From Octopus sinensis (Eukaryota), in the NCBI RefSeq assembly GCF_006345805.1, contig NC_042998.1, positions 93,496,001 to 93,560,000 on the forward strand: DNA of 64,000 bases, in the 5' to 3' direction. Both the position numbers and the translations under genes were made by a program. A model generated the notes under the pieces. It searched no databases, was not told the origin of the DNA, and worked only from the letters and a program-made list of their open reading frames with translations. Below are positions 36,091 through 49,754 of this stretch, in pieces; position 1 is the first letter of the stretch, and the number at the start of each line of letters is the position of its first letter.

Positions 36091-37824
36091 TCTTACTACT
36101 AAATCAAGTATCTTCTCCCAGCTGTATTCTCCGATCTACAGACGTACGTTGAGAGTGCACTGCAATGTTTGTTCTGGATTTCTCTACAAAACGAAGCTTA
36201 GTGGTGATTGAAAGTTAGTTAATTTGTCAATTTCTTTTTCTCGTTAGTTCAAATAATAATCCATCGAAAGGGCTACATTGAAGATATTCATTACTTATTT
36301 TCAAACGATATTTACCTTAGCATACTTGTGTAAAAATTAATGATTGATGTAAAGATAAGTCTGTATTTCATTGCTGTTACGCAAGTTTCCATAATATTAG
36401 GCTTCCGTTGATCAAGCAATAAATAGAAATAAGATCCTCAGTAATGGTAGGCAGATATCAATAAATTTGTTTTTGATAAACTGCACAAATTAGTTTTGTT
36501 TGTATAAACAGTGAAAACGCATAAGCGAAAGTTTTTAAAAGCACTTAAAGAGATTATTGTGTTAAAAGAAATGCTAAAGTAAATATCTATTTAACACACA
36601 AGAAATGCGATATTTTCAGTAGTAGGTATTTTCATTGATAAAGACTTTTATTTGAACAAACAGGAAAAATGTTTTTGATATATTCAACAACATACTAGTG
36701 AAAAAAATATGATTTTTTACTTTATTCGTCCTCATTTATAACAAGCTAAATCGTGTTATTGGCAGGAGATATTTCATTCTATGTATATAACTATGAAATG
36801 TAACTGTCCGCAAAGAACACACTGTTCTGTCCGATACTATGCGGAATTCGCCAGTATTTTGCTAAAATACAAATATATTTATTCATATATTAAGATATTT
36901 GCTTTCATGACTAACAGTATCGGTTAGATATTTTGAATTAATTTTTATTTTTCTGTGTGAAAATCTGAATTGTTTTAATGGATTTTCTTTAATTTCGCAA
37001 TGTCACACATTCGTTTGTTTCACCAAATGTATTTTTGATATTTTGAAAGCTTTTAAATAGTTTATTCTAAAAGTTATATAAATTACATTAAGTGTATCGT
37101 ATAATAACTGCATGCATACTGACAATTAATATACAACTATTTCAATAAATATAAATAATTTACTTTAAATTGAAGAATTAAACATGTATTAAATATTAAT
37201 CTTACATAAGAAAATACACACATGTTGTATAACTGGAGAATGACCATTTTAAGAAAGCTGGTTAAAAGACCAACATTTTTTAAAAGTAAGACTAAAACTT
37301 TAATCTATTAATTCTACAGAGTTAATTAATTTTAAACTATACGGTGTAACGTAATAATTATAATTTTAAGATTGAATGAAAACTTCCGGGCACAAACGAA
37401 AATTATGATCCTATTATAAATCCTTTAACAATGGAATCTGTCCCACATTTACTCCTTCTATACCAATTCATCTGTGGACTCCCGTTCAACCTTTTCTTCT
37501 CGGAGACAAAAATATTCTAGCCTTTCTCTATTTCATCTCTATATTTGTTGCTTGCTTGACTCGTTCTCAATATTTATCTTTCATCTTGCCTACGTCATAG
37601 CTATCGATTTGCCAGTGGATTGCCTCAACTTTGCCATAAGGAAACATAATCTCAAGATATACTGCTGTACCTGGAGCTTGCTTCAATGCAGCATTCACTA
37701 TTTGTTGGAAATTTGCCGCACTCTGAATAGTTAATCTATTTACTTAAGATTGGCCTTATTCATCCGTGATCTACTCGGTTCGTGAAATCAGTCAAGTAGT
37801 CATTACTCAGTTAAAAATATATGT

Positions 37825-37970
37825 TTCAAATTTTGATATAAAGCCAGCAACTTTAGGGGATAAGGATCTAAATCGATGATATCGACCGCAGTGCTCGACT
37901 GGTACTTATTTTAACGACCCAGAAAAGCCTTTGAACTCAGAAAGTAAAGCCGGAAAAATACCGTTAAGCG
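37825..37970 (-). mobile_element. Diverged family B SINE
   Basis: ACTGGTACTTATTTTAACGACCC..TTTGAACTCAGAA..AATACCGTTAAGC. Confidence 0.65.
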
Positions 37971-39074
37971 TTTTTTTTTCTTTCGGCGTATTGACTATTC
38001 TGTCGGCTCAGTAAATTAAAAAGAAAAAAAAACAAGTTTCTTATATTTGTAGAAAAATCTCAGGGAGAGAGACTACGTTATGTCCACTTGCCAGGTGAAT
38101 TGTCGTGGCAATCCCAGTTTTTTAAATGGTAAATAATTTAGAGCAGAAAACATTGTGGTGGTGTGCCCGTTTTGTTTTCCCCGAGTGATGTGATTGCAGC
38201 ACTTATAATATTAGTCATCAAATAGGCAATCTCACCACTTCTACACGACACCTATTTACAGCTTCGGTAAAATGGATTATTGTGTTATGTACCATTCCTA
38301 TTGACTCGGTTAGTTGCTACTTTCATAGATTCTATCAAAGTGGAGTAAGAAATAAAGAAACTTTTTCAATGTTGTGACTGTGAATAAAATATTTTATTCT
38401 GGAGGCCAGTTAGGGTCTAGATAATAGTGAAAAACATATTACCGTTGATCAGAAGAAATAGTATTTCAAAAAAAAGGTTATTGAGAAACAAAAGTAACCG
38501 AATCTTTCAGAAAGACAAAAAGGAAACAAAAGAAGTTCGGTATTATTTGTCTGGATAATAACGTTAAGAAAGAAAAAAAGAACGAAAAATGCGCTAAGGA
38601 TCAGATATATGAAAATCTAAGTAATTAGTCACTTAACAACAGGAAACTCGTGCAAGTATTTTAACTAGAAGTGATTAAAGTTTCTTTTTTTTTCCTATGT
38701 AATATTTAGCACACGATAAAATACTCCGAACACGTGACATTTTTGTTGCGTATAATATTTTAGAATCAGGAAACACAAAGAAACAACTAAGGAATTCACA
38801 TAAGGAATCGTTTTTCCGTTAGAATATTACCGGCTAATTTATAGTGAGGAAAGACGATAGAGGTAAAATTACGGCAAAGAATAATGGGATAAAGTTTCAA
38901 TTCCCACGTAAAGGACAATTCGATTATTTTATTGTCCTGACCTTGAGGAAGAGATTAAAGTTACTGATTCTCACACTCTTAATTTAGCACAACAATCTTC
39001 AAATAAAAGAAACAGTTATTTGTTTAATTAACCTTCCGTTAAAATTATATATACATAGACACACACATATGTGC

Positions 39075-39131
<57 letters not shown>

Positions 39132-40477
39132 TATCGATATATAAGGGCAAGATCCAGAGATCCAAGTGTAGGAGGTTTGTAAGCTTCAAGCGGTCCGTGG
39201 CAGGAATAGAAAACAAAAAGGGAACCGTGTACGTTCAGGAACAATAACAATTTATTGGCGTCAAAGGTTACATACTTTTTCCTATACCGAAGCTATGGGG
39301 AAATTCGATAAGCTGAAAATGTTTGTATAGCTCACGGTTAGCAACCAGAGTTGCTATGAATGCGAATAAAAATCCAAATTGAAGGAGTGGAACAAGTAAA
39401 ATCCATGCTACATATGTTTCCTAGCTAGCAGATCTTCTGATGTAATAATTACAGCGAGGGGTACTCAGGCTAAGCTATCCCAAGCCAGCGACTTCTCATA
39501 TATACATATTCATACACACACGCGCGCGCGCGCACACATACACACATATATACATATATATAAGCATATATGCATATACATATTCACGCGCACGCACATA
39601 AACATAAAACTTTTTTGAATTGAAGTTTCATGTATGACATAATTCAGATTGTTGGCGATGTACAAAAAACTGGCGTGCTCAAAAATACACAATGGTTTTA
39701 GTTGCAATAAAAAAAAGCAGCAACAAAAGAAGCCTTTTCAATTATTGACGATTCTTGACGAAAGGGGAAGATCATTTAAATAAATTGAGAGTTAATACCA
39801 CAGAAAATTCATTTTCACGCGTAGTGAAGAAACTTGATTTGTGTTTGCACGTTTCGGGTAATTAGAATTCATCTGCAAAATAAAGCCTTCATAATATTCA
39901 CAGAATAAGTTTATATTTTCCCATTTCGCTCGAAAATATATGATACATATGATTGCATACAATTTCTTATAGAAGATATTTTATTAAAATCGGTTATGTT
40001 TTACAATTAGTGCCTTTTGAAATCACGAGTCACCATAGAATTTTCTTATTTTCTTCACAAGTTTTCATATTGTTTCAGCATTAGTTTCTCTTGACTAAGC
40101 ACAAGGCTCTAATTTTATGAGAAATAAATATATGTTCACGTTCCTGCATTTTGTATGTGATCAAAGTATTAGTACTGTAAGTGAACCAGGACTTAAAATT
40201 CACGAAAAAGATTCCAATAAGGGCTTGGTAGTCTACACACGTTTAGAGTAGCAGAAAGAAAGCATATTATTCTTTTTTTCAAGGACATTAAGGTTACAAC
40301 TGAAGCGAATTTACTTCAACCTGATCAAAGCTATTCCATAGACTCACTTTAGTAAGAGTTTGGTTTGCAACCTCGATTTATGGTTTCATTAGTAATTTTA
40401 ATTGCGTATGATGCCACGACCCAGTTTCGATTCTATGTTCGAAACTATGCAGATATACGTATCATACATATACACAT

Positions 40478-40775
40478 GTGGAGGTACATGGCCTAGTGGT
40501 TAGAGCAGTGGACTCGCGGTCGAGGGATCGCGGGTTCGCATCTCAGACCGGGCGATGTGTGTTTATGCGCGAAACACCTAAGCTCCACGCGGCTCCGGCA
40601 GAAGGTAATGGCGAACTTCTGCTGACTCTTTCACCACAACTTTCTCTCACTCTTTCCTCCTGCATCTTGCAGCTCACCTGCGACGGACCGGCGTCCCGTC
40701 CAGGTGGGGAACGTATACGCCAAGGAAACCGGGAAACCGGCCCTTATGAGCCAGGCATGGCTCGAGAAGGAACAA
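40478..40775 (+). mobile_element. tRNA-head SINE (C1) with V-domain-like tail; 12-bp TSD
   Basis: A box TGGCCTAGTGG, B-box-like GGTTCGCATC, tail GACCGGCGTCCCGTCCAGG..GGCTCGAGAAGGAAC. TSD ACATATACACAT at 40466-40477 and 40776-40787. Confidence 0.85.
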
Positions 40776-40897
40776 ACATATACACATACCCCTCTATATA
40801 TATACATGCATAGGCATATATGTGTGTGTTTGGGTGCATGCATATATTATGTGTAAATGTATATACATATTTATGCACATCCACATGTATACCTATA

Positions 40898-40952
<55 letters not shown>

Positions 40953-41335
40953 ATTTGTGCATACGTCGATTGTGAACAGCTTCACTTTCAAATATTAAAG
41001 ACACGACAAATAAAACATTTTTAAAATACATGCTTAGGCAAAATTGACCATTGTGGGATTTGAACTAAGGGAGTTGAAATAAGAAAGTAAGCACCAACGT
41101 AACAAAATATGCAAGTTGATTTTGATTCCCACTATATCTATTATATCTGTATTGCTTAATACCTCTGAGAAAAAGATGAACGTCATAATAAGAAGTGGGT
41201 GAGTGACACTCCTTCCATATGACGTTCTTCTTGTCTTGAAGGTTGATCACATACAGATGGATACCAAGAATAAGCCTCTGTTTATAATACTAGCTAGTAT
41301 GTATGATAAATAAACGCCCATGGCTTTATATTATA

Positions 41336-43069
41336 CTAGCAGAGGTACTCGGCGTTGCTCAGGGTGTGAACGCTTATTTTTTTAGTCTAACGACCAGCGC
41401 TGCCGAAGCTTTTTTGAAAAACCTACAGAATTCCATGCCAAAACGTACCATAATTCACAAAAACGTACAAAATATTTTTGAAATATGTCACAACCGCAAA
41501 AATAGAGAAAAATACCGGTTTTTCTTAGAAAATTTGAAATTTAAGGGTGTATAATGACTTGAAATTGATGAAAATACATATAAAAAAGGAAGAATATTAC
41601 AATTTAAAATGTCTTAAACGTTCAATAGTCAATTTTTCGGTAAAATCATACAAAACTGTACAAACTTACCAGCTTCAGCAGCGCTGCTAACGAGTCCTCT
41701 AGGCAAACAGTGAGTGTTTGCCCCTGCGATTTGTTGCTCGACATCGCAAAACTTACACGAACAGGAAATTGCAAACGCCTGAAAGTAAAAAGGGTTTCCG
41801 CTCTCGACAGAATAAGGGGAATCCTCGGTATGAAGACGTCTTCTACCTTTTCACAACCATGTACTTGAACCTGAAAGAACTGGGATCACATAACATGCAT
41901 ATTTGTAATATCACTGCAAATAATGTCCCGAGACGTTTGGGGGACTTTGATGCATCTGCCAGCGTTGCATGACACTGTGCCTCATGTTCTAGCATCCCGC
42001 GCTTGAAGCAGGCCTCCTAGTATGTTCTACATACCTCACCATCAAAGTTTTTCAAGTCATAGAAACACGTTGGTCCTCTGACCTTGTGCAATAAAAGACT
42101 GGGGTAGAAACACTCCTGTGGATTGTGATGGACCGTGCAAACACTCCTGAGGCTGGGACCTTGATGCAGCGGCCTCTTCCAGCGTTGCATCCCACTGTGC
42201 CCCATCTTCTTGCAACCCGTACTTGAAGCAAGCCTGCCGGTATGTCCCACATACCTAGTCATCAAAGGTTTACAGATCCTAGAAACACTCCTGTTGACTG
42301 GGATGGACTGTGTAAACTCTTCCGAGGCAATTGTGAAGTTCTGCTACAGAGAGTGTTTGCCCCTGCGATTTGGTGATCGACATCGCAAAACTTACACGGA
42401 CAGGAAATGGTAGAAATGTATACGTACTACATACACAGACACACAGACATCCTTTGTTGGAAGAACGTACAAATACCGTAAAGACAAAGATATTTATGCA
42501 CGACAAAATTGAAATACACTGAAGTCAATTTTTAAGGATATTTGCTAAAACTGAATTTAAACACAATGGGTGAACAAAAATGAAACATAACTAAATTATT
42601 TTTCAGGGAAAACGTACAAAAATTGTAACAACAGAGATTTTTTCACGCGACTAATTTAAATACAAGGAATGCAATTTGCAGGCTGAAGTTAGTGTGTGAG
42701 TTAGAGAGAGAGAGAGAATGAGAGAGAGAGAGAGATTAAAAGAGAGGAACTATTACAGAGGGTGAGAGAGAATATGTGCAAGCAAGAAAATCAGAGAATG
42801 AGATAAACACAGAGAATAGAGAAATAAACAAAGAGAAAAGAGAGAGAATCGGTTGAAAACTGCAGAAATTTTTAGAGAAAAACCCGTGTAAAACACAATT
42901 TTTCCCGGTTTATCGCATTATGCGGAAGCTGTGGGCAAAATGTTATTGTGCATAACTATCCTTGGCACATAAGTAATGTGTGGGTAAAGTTTTGTGAAAA
43001 TCGGTTTAAGACCGTAGAAATGCATACGTACTACACACACATAGACACCCTTTGTTTTATGTATATAGA
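41336..43069 (-). mobile_element. Non-autonomous Helitron carrying two tandem fragments of the Rep-helicase gene
   Basis: A|TC 5' end at 43069, degenerate hairpin and CTAG|T at 41336-41339. Fragments LLLHKVRGPTCFYDLKNFDGEVCRTY*EACFKRGMLEHEAQCHATLADA..RLGTLFAVIL and ..CGTYRQACFKYGLQEDGAQWDATLEEAA match Helitron RepHel. Confidence 0.85.
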
Positions 43070-43368
43070 TCATTGATAATGATGTCATGATTTGACGTCA
43101 TAGATAACCATACTCAACTGTATGAAAGAAAGTTTGCAAGAATATTTCCTTTCTATTGGTAACTCAAGAACAAAATGTTAGTTTACTTTTTCTGTGCTTG
43201 CATTTGTGTGTATGATGAGAGATATCAGACATATACGCACACATGCATTCACACAAATACGTTACATTTATACTTATATATACATATATATCTTTGTATG
43301 AGTGTGCGTATGTATGTAAATATATATATGAGTATTGTATGTGGCACTTATGCGTGTTATGTGAGTGC

Positions 43369-43424
<56 letters not shown>

Positions 43425-43467
43425 ATTGATTTCTTATTTAGACAAAAGATCTTAAATTTGAAAGAGG

Positions 43468-43562
43468 GGTTTAATTGATTATATCGACCCACCATTTGCG
43501 TGGTATTTTATCGACCCTGGAAAGGCAAAAACAAAAGTAAAGTTGACCTCGGCGGGTTTTAA
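43468..43562 (-). mobile_element. Family B SINE fragment
   Basis: TTTATCGACCCTGGAAAGG..AAAGTTGACCTCGGCGG. Confidence 0.65.
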
Positions 43563-44098
43563 ACACACACACACATACACACACACGACACACGCACGCA
43601 TATAACTGGGAGATGTCACGCGTCAAATGCAATAGTGCAGCAGCTGGTTGTGTAGCTATGATGCAACTTTCCATCTACTTACAAACCTTTTGCGTACATC
43701 TTTTTAATGCAGTAAGGAAGGCGTTTGAACCAAGAAGCAGTCTACTGTTTTCCTTATTAATACACAGCCTCTCCTTCAGCGAGACCCCGGACAGGTCTCT
43801 CTCTGTACACACGGTAGTTTAACATTATGTTGCAACTCGAATGCTGTGGAATTGTAAATATGGAATGGTAAAAAAATAGGGCACCAGATCAAAAGTATTT
43901 CAGTATTCATCTCTGCCCCTTTCCGATGCGACCTTAAATCTCGTCAAGCTGGTTTTGTACTTCTTTAGGGCAAACTCCAAAATCTGAGAAAATCTGAGAT
44001 CTATGTTGATAACAGTTAATCCATAGAAGAATTCAATAAATTCTGCTGCTACAGGATGTGAAGAAGCTAATATTTCGAGCCTTGCTCTTATTCTAAGT

Positions 44099-44596
44099 CA
44101 ATGATTCCCAACTTTTCACTTACAAGGAACCTTTTGGTTTATATTAATTTTCTCATGGACCCCAAGCTTCAGAAATGTCTTTCTATTTAACAAGTCGGTT
44201 TTAGCAACGAATCTCAAATTCTTTTTCTCAGTTGCATCTTTACTAAATAAATAGTAATGTTAATCAAAAGCGAAAAGCAACTAGCTCTTGTTGAATGAGA
44301 CGGATAGAGCCGCTTCTTTGATATTATTTTCCAGATTTCAGGAGCAATAAAAAACATATTTATAAAGATTAGATCCTGTATTTAAAAGCAACTAAAAAGA
44401 AAAAGAAAAGAAAAAGAGAAAGAAGCTTTTTCTGCAGATTCAGGAAAGTTTGGAAGTTTATAATTATCAACCTCATTGTGAGTAATTATGCATTTTTGCA
44501 TTGCAGTCTCGGGAAATTTTGAACTTAGCTGACAGATCCCCAATTCTACCAATGCAAGCCACCAAGAATCTGCGGACCACAAGTTGGAAGCCATTG
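44099..44596 (-). mobile_element. hAT (Charlie/Buster-type) deletion derivative
   Basis: Termini CAATGATTCCCAAC and reverse-complement CAATGGCTTCCAACTTGTGGTCCGC. Remnant PEIWKIISKKRLYPSH resembles the Buster C-terminal KQAHPSH. Confidence 0.6.
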
Positions 44597-45031
44597 GGTT
44601 AAGAACTAGTCATGGTACTTCGATTTATTCAAGAAACAATGGAATGTTAAAACTGCAGAGAGCTATAAATTATTAGGTTTTGTCCTACTTTTCGAGTTTA
44701 AATTCTTTTGGAATTAAGTTTTCCTTTCACCCCTATCAGATCAATAAAATAGGAATCAGTCATTTATTGGGATCGATAAATAAGCCATGTTGTTTCCCCT
44801 ACAAATTTCTGATTGAGGAGCAGTGTAAGAAATTATTACATTTAGGTCCCGGCAGTCATCATGATTATGACCTTGCTAGACATAAATCTCATCTGTTTCC
44901 TCTTGAAGTGCATCTGCTTATTCCATTATTACAATCAATATATATGCAAAGTTGCTGCTGTAAGTTAGTCTAAATACATATTAAAATTGAGAACTATGAA
45001 AATGTTATTTGCAGATATTATTATTTGTATG

Positions 45032-45272
45032 ACAAAACAGGAAAAAGGAAATTTTTTGGTATTATTTTCCTTTACTTGTATTTCATTTGCTAATAGGAAT
45101 TATGAAAGTTTTTATGTTAGATAGACATGTATGGAATTTTCTTACGAATTTCTGTTAAGAAATTCCATAAATGTTTATTGAACATGTAAGTCTTTCATAA
45201 TTCCTATTAGCAAACGAAACACGTGTAATGGCGACTATATGATACCAAAAAATTTCCATTTTCCTGTTTTGT
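45032..45272. mobile_element. AT-rich foldback MITE (whole-element imperfect palindrome)
   Basis: ACAAAACAGGAAAA.GGAAATTTTTTGGTAT, TTTGCTAATAGGAATTATGAAAG and ATGGAATTTTCTTA each have inverted counterparts in mirror order. Confidence 0.75.
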
Positions 45273-45384
45273 TATTATATATATAGGCGATGTGATTACA
45301 AATCAGAATTACATATTTAAAACTATCAATTTTCAACATTCTATATCAAATAAATAGGTAGTGGGTAGCGATTTTCTTCACTAC

Positions 45385-45720
45385 TTCAGGGAGTGACGAC
45401 CCTGCCTGACACGAGTCCCAGGCTCAGCTGGCTCCAGATGACAGAACATGGTATGGGCCCCTATCCTGGGTTACGGAAAGGAGACAACCTTCAAAGAAAT
45501 CCGGAGTGGAGCCCCGTAGACGGTTTAGTGTTCGATTCGCCACTCTTCCGGCAGCTCCTGCAACCAAGCTGGTGTCAAACGTAATGCTCTGCACTCCTTT
45601 GGACTACGTCAGCAGGGTCAAGAGATGAATTCTGACGATTGGGCTACCCAGGATTTTCTTACATCTAGCCAAGGCCTGCGCAAAACTGGAGAGGAAACTG
45701 GAGAGGACACGAAATGTAAA
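45385..45720 (+). mobile_element. GC-rich fragment resembling an RTE-clade LINE 5' UTR
   Basis: AAATCCGGAGTGGAGCCCC..CGGCAGCTCCTGCAACCAAGCTGGTG. Family assignment is from recall only. Confidence 0.4.
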
Positions 45721-46065
45721 CACCAGACTGGATTAGTTTATACGCAACTCCATTGTCTTCCGAGATAAAAGGATGCCAACAAAAATATCAAATAACAAAC
45801 AAAATTTACTAAACTGCTAGAAACTAGTAAAAAGCAAGTCATACCTGGAATGCTATCATTGTTTACTATACTTAATGTACTTTTGTTTTGTTTTTGCTTA
45901 GGTGGTGGGGCGGGTAAGTTTCAAGAATCCTTCAGTCCTTTTATCCTAATAGTTTTTTTCTTCTTTTATTTGCTCTGCTCATCGGACTGCGGCCATACCA
46001 GGGTACAACCTGGAATGAGTTTAGTCGAACACACGACCACAATACTTATTATTATTATTGTTATC

Positions 46066-46459
46066 AAGGCGGCGAGCTGGCAGAAACGTTAGCACGCCAG
46101 GCGAAATGCGTAGCCGTATTTCGTCTGCCGTTGGGTTCTGAGTTCAAATTCCGCCGAGGTCGACTTTGCCTTTCATCCTTTCGGGGTCGATTAAATAAGT
46201 ACCAGTTACGCACTGGGGTCGATATAATCGACTTAATCCGTTTGTCTGTCCTTGTTTGCCCTCTCTGTGTGTAGCCCCTTGTGGGTAGTAAAGAAATAGG
46301 TATTTCGTCTGCCGTTACACTCTGAGTTCAAATTCTGCCGGAGTCGATTTGCCTTTCATCCTTTCGGGGTCGATTAAATAAGTACTAGGGTCGATGTAAT
46401 TGACTAGCCCCCTCCCCCAAATTTCATGCCTTGTGCCTAGAGTAGAAAGAATTATTATT
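46066..46459 (+). mobile_element. Compound SINE: family B head, body, Tx1-like tail (46241-46298), second body, standard tail
   Basis: Same architecture and junction (AAAGAAATA|GGTATTTCGTC) as 9019. Confidence 0.9.
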
Positions 46460-46645
46460 AAGTCTGTTACCTATTCTATGATTTTCTATAGCTAAACCGC
46501 TAAGTTTACGTAAAGAAGCTAACACCAGTTGTCAAGAGAGTGGGTACGGATGCTCGCTCATACATTCACACATATATACAACAGGCTTCTTTCAGTTTAC
46601 ATTCACTCACAAGGCTTTAGTCACCTTGGGTCTATAGTAGAAGAC
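46460..46645 (-). mobile_element. Degenerate family A SINE
   Basis: AACCGCTAAG, CACCAGTTGTCAAG, GGCTTCTTTCAGTTT, CACTCACAAGGCTTT. Confidence 0.65.
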
Positions 46646-47384
46646 TCGTCGAAGATTCTTCGAAAAATGTTTTAGCGTTCCATGAATTCGTATCCTGCTT
46701 CTTAAAATGCTGCTAGTTAGACCTATAACAATGTACAAAATGATATGATGGCTATTGATGGAACGGGTTTGATCACAAGTATGATCGGTTAAATCTAATT
46801 TTGACAAAAAAAACTTTCATAGGACAAAACTGAAATCCTGCCGGTTATAAAGAAAAGCCAAAAGTATTTCAGATCATACCCTACGGTTATAGAAAGACAA
46901 TACAAGATGTCCCCAGATAGAGACCTTTTTTCTCAGGCCCACTCAATCGAGACTAATTGGTCTATGGTTAAAAAAAAACAACTACTTTTGGATGAAATAT
47001 TTGTTATATATTATTTGTATCATTTAAACCAAGATTAAGCTCAATAATTGTTTTTTTTATCACCACCTTGGTCGAGAAAATACATAATTTTCTCCATTTA
47101 ACGTTTTTTTATGTGATTCTCACCAAGTAAAAAACTCGCCATCCTATTTCTAGATAAGCAACAAATGTTCACGGAATAGTGACGCACTAAAATTTAAGTA
47201 GAATTGTATTTTTTTATGTTTTTCTTTATGACATAATCGTTTTTTTCTTCTTCATAGCGTGTGTCAAAGATTAATCAGCAGAGCGATTAAAATATTACGT
47301 CAGAAGATATATAATGATATGAAGAACATCCGGTTAGAAACTTTATATATATATATACACCACACACATACGTTTGTGTCTCTG

Positions 47385-47415
<31 letters not shown>

Positions 47416-47651
47416 AGTGCCATTTATTGAGAATTATGAGTAACGGTTGTTTCATTATTTCGTCTCATTTGTAGTATTTGATAAACGAAGTAGAAACATT
47501 TTTGCTGCATAGCTATTTAAATGCCTGTAAACATATTGGATTTTTAAGGAGTGTGTCTAAGTGATAAATCATTGGTTTGATTATATTTTGTGGCTACGGG
47601 TTCGAGTTTTGTCATAGTTAAACAGAGGATATTTATTTATCTTTATAATAA

Positions 47652-47842
47652 TCCTTTCTACTGGAAGCACAAGGCCTGAAATTTGGGGAACGGATTAAGC
47701 CGATTACATCGATCCCAGTGTGTAACTGGTACTTATTTAATTGACCCCGAAAGGATGAAAAGCAAAGTCGACCTCAGCGAAATTTGAACCCAGAACGTCA
47801 AGACGGACGAAATACTGCAAAGCATTTTGCTAGCTCGCCGCA
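47652..47842 (-). mobile_element. Family B SINE monomer
   Basis: Complete tail, body and shortened head in reverse. Confidence 0.85.
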
Positions 47843-48594
47843 TTATTTATCATTATAATATGAATACACTGTTTTTGTTATAATGCTTATATCATCAAAT
47901 GTTAAAATGGGGTTCAGGAAGTAAGGTTAGTAGAATGTACAACTTGTATCATGATTAAAATCTTGAATAATTAATAGGAGAAAGAATTATCTTCAACAAT
48001 GTTTATCAATAACGCTAAACATTTTTATATACACAAAGTGCAATTTATTGTAAGCATGTAATGTGTGTGAATAAAGAAAAAATGAAATTGCCGAAGATGA
48101 GGTAACAGATGAAATATTTTAAATAGATCTAGAACAAAGCCTATGGTTACAAGTATAATCTCTTGAAGAAAAACTGATGGGATGAAGATTATCTTATTAA
48201 ATGTTGGTCTAAAGACACTTTACCTTCGGCTGCAAGGAGGAAGGCTTTTTTAGAAAGATAAATACCAGTGTTTTTATAATCTCGTTTAAAAGTTCTAGAA
48301 TATACCATAAACTTATTAGGTGCGAATTTCACAATGTTTACAAAGATGTAAGTGGAAAATATATTTACATTGCAGCCAACAGAATTGATTGTTTTAATGA
48401 AAGAAGGTTTTGTAACATAGTTTTCGCATCTCAAAATTAAATAGTTAGCAACTGTATTCAATAAATCAAATTAGGTTTACAGCAGAATCAACCGTTTTAC
48501 TCACCGAAGCTTCAGTAGAACTGTCACGTTTTTTATTACCTTTTTTCTTTTTTCTCCCTATCTTACCGTCTTTGTCCTTTTCCTTTCATAAAAA

Positions 48595-49540
48595 GTCTGC
48601 AGCCATTACCTACGAATCTAGTAAGATGGAACGTCTCAGAGAATAGCATATGCAAATGCGGAAAGATCGGAACACTGAATCATATTCTTTCCAACTGTTC
48701 ATTAGCATTGAACAGGTATACATGGAGACACAATTTGGTCCTTAAGGTTATCTTCAATGCTATAAAGAGCCAAATTCATCTCAACAACACTGAGAAAAAA
48801 CCGTTGAAAGTACCAACTAGAGATTTCGTTACCTTCGTGCGCTCAGGTCAGCGGATCCGTTTCAAGAACAAGAAACTTCCTGTGAAAGATGAAAAGTAGA
48901 ACAACTATTGGGAAGTGACTGCAGATTTACCTGGATGCCAGGGATTCTTTCCCATCCCAGTTACGAAAAAACCGGACATTTTGAAACGGTGTGAAAGAAG
49001 GTAAGTTGTAAATCTAGTCGAGTTAACGGTTCCTCATGAAGATAACATGGACGCCGCTCGGGCTCGAAAGATTGACCATTATGTAAACCTCATCGAGGAA
49101 TGTGAAGACGCAGGCTGGAAAGCGGAGCATTATCCAATCGAAGTTAAATGTAGAGGGTTTGTTGGACACAGTGTGAGACGACTGTTGTTATTGTTAGGCC
49201 TAACTCATCGTAAAGTCAATACCACCATGACCGATATCCAAACTGCTAGAAGGCTAGCCACTGGATTTGGTTAAAACGAGACGATGAGCAATGGCTAGAG
49301 AAATAGTGAGCTTTATTTAATAACCAGTTGATCTAGCAAGCGGGGCCTCATATCAGTGAGCGGGGGGGGGGGCGTACGCATTGATGCCGCGGAGAAGCAG
49401 GCCCCGAAACGGCGCGATTTTCTCTCCTGATGATCCCATACACTTGCTGGCTTCCGGTATGCGGAGTTCTCGACTGGTAGCACTTGTATGTGCAAGTTGT
49501 TTGCAAGACATCTGCGAACCATTTTCTTTGATCAAAATAA
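48595..49540 (+). mobile_element. 5'-truncated HERO-like non-LTR retrotransposon (CCHC knuckle plus restriction-like endonuclease), dead
   Basis: One frame: LPTNLVRWNVSENSICKCGKIGTLNHILSNCSLALNRYTWRHNLVL..*..WEVTADL..KKPDIL..*VVNLVELTVPHEDN..RKIDHY..GWKAEHYPIEVKCRGF, two premature stops, then a frameshifted ASHWIWLKR. The 3' UTR contains TCCTGATGATCC. Confidence 0.85.
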
Positions 49541-49754
49541 AATACAAACATCATTTTCGTTTAGAATGTATATCTGAATTCAACACATAAATTGAAATAA
49601 ATTCGCTGCTTTTTTTTTTTTTTTTTCGTTTCAGATATGTTACTTGAAAATCATTGACTGCATGCTTGTAAGGGAAATCAGCAAATGATGACGTCATATT
49701 AGAAATGTATTAAAATATCCAAACGAAATATAAAGCAAAAGGAAAAAATATCCA

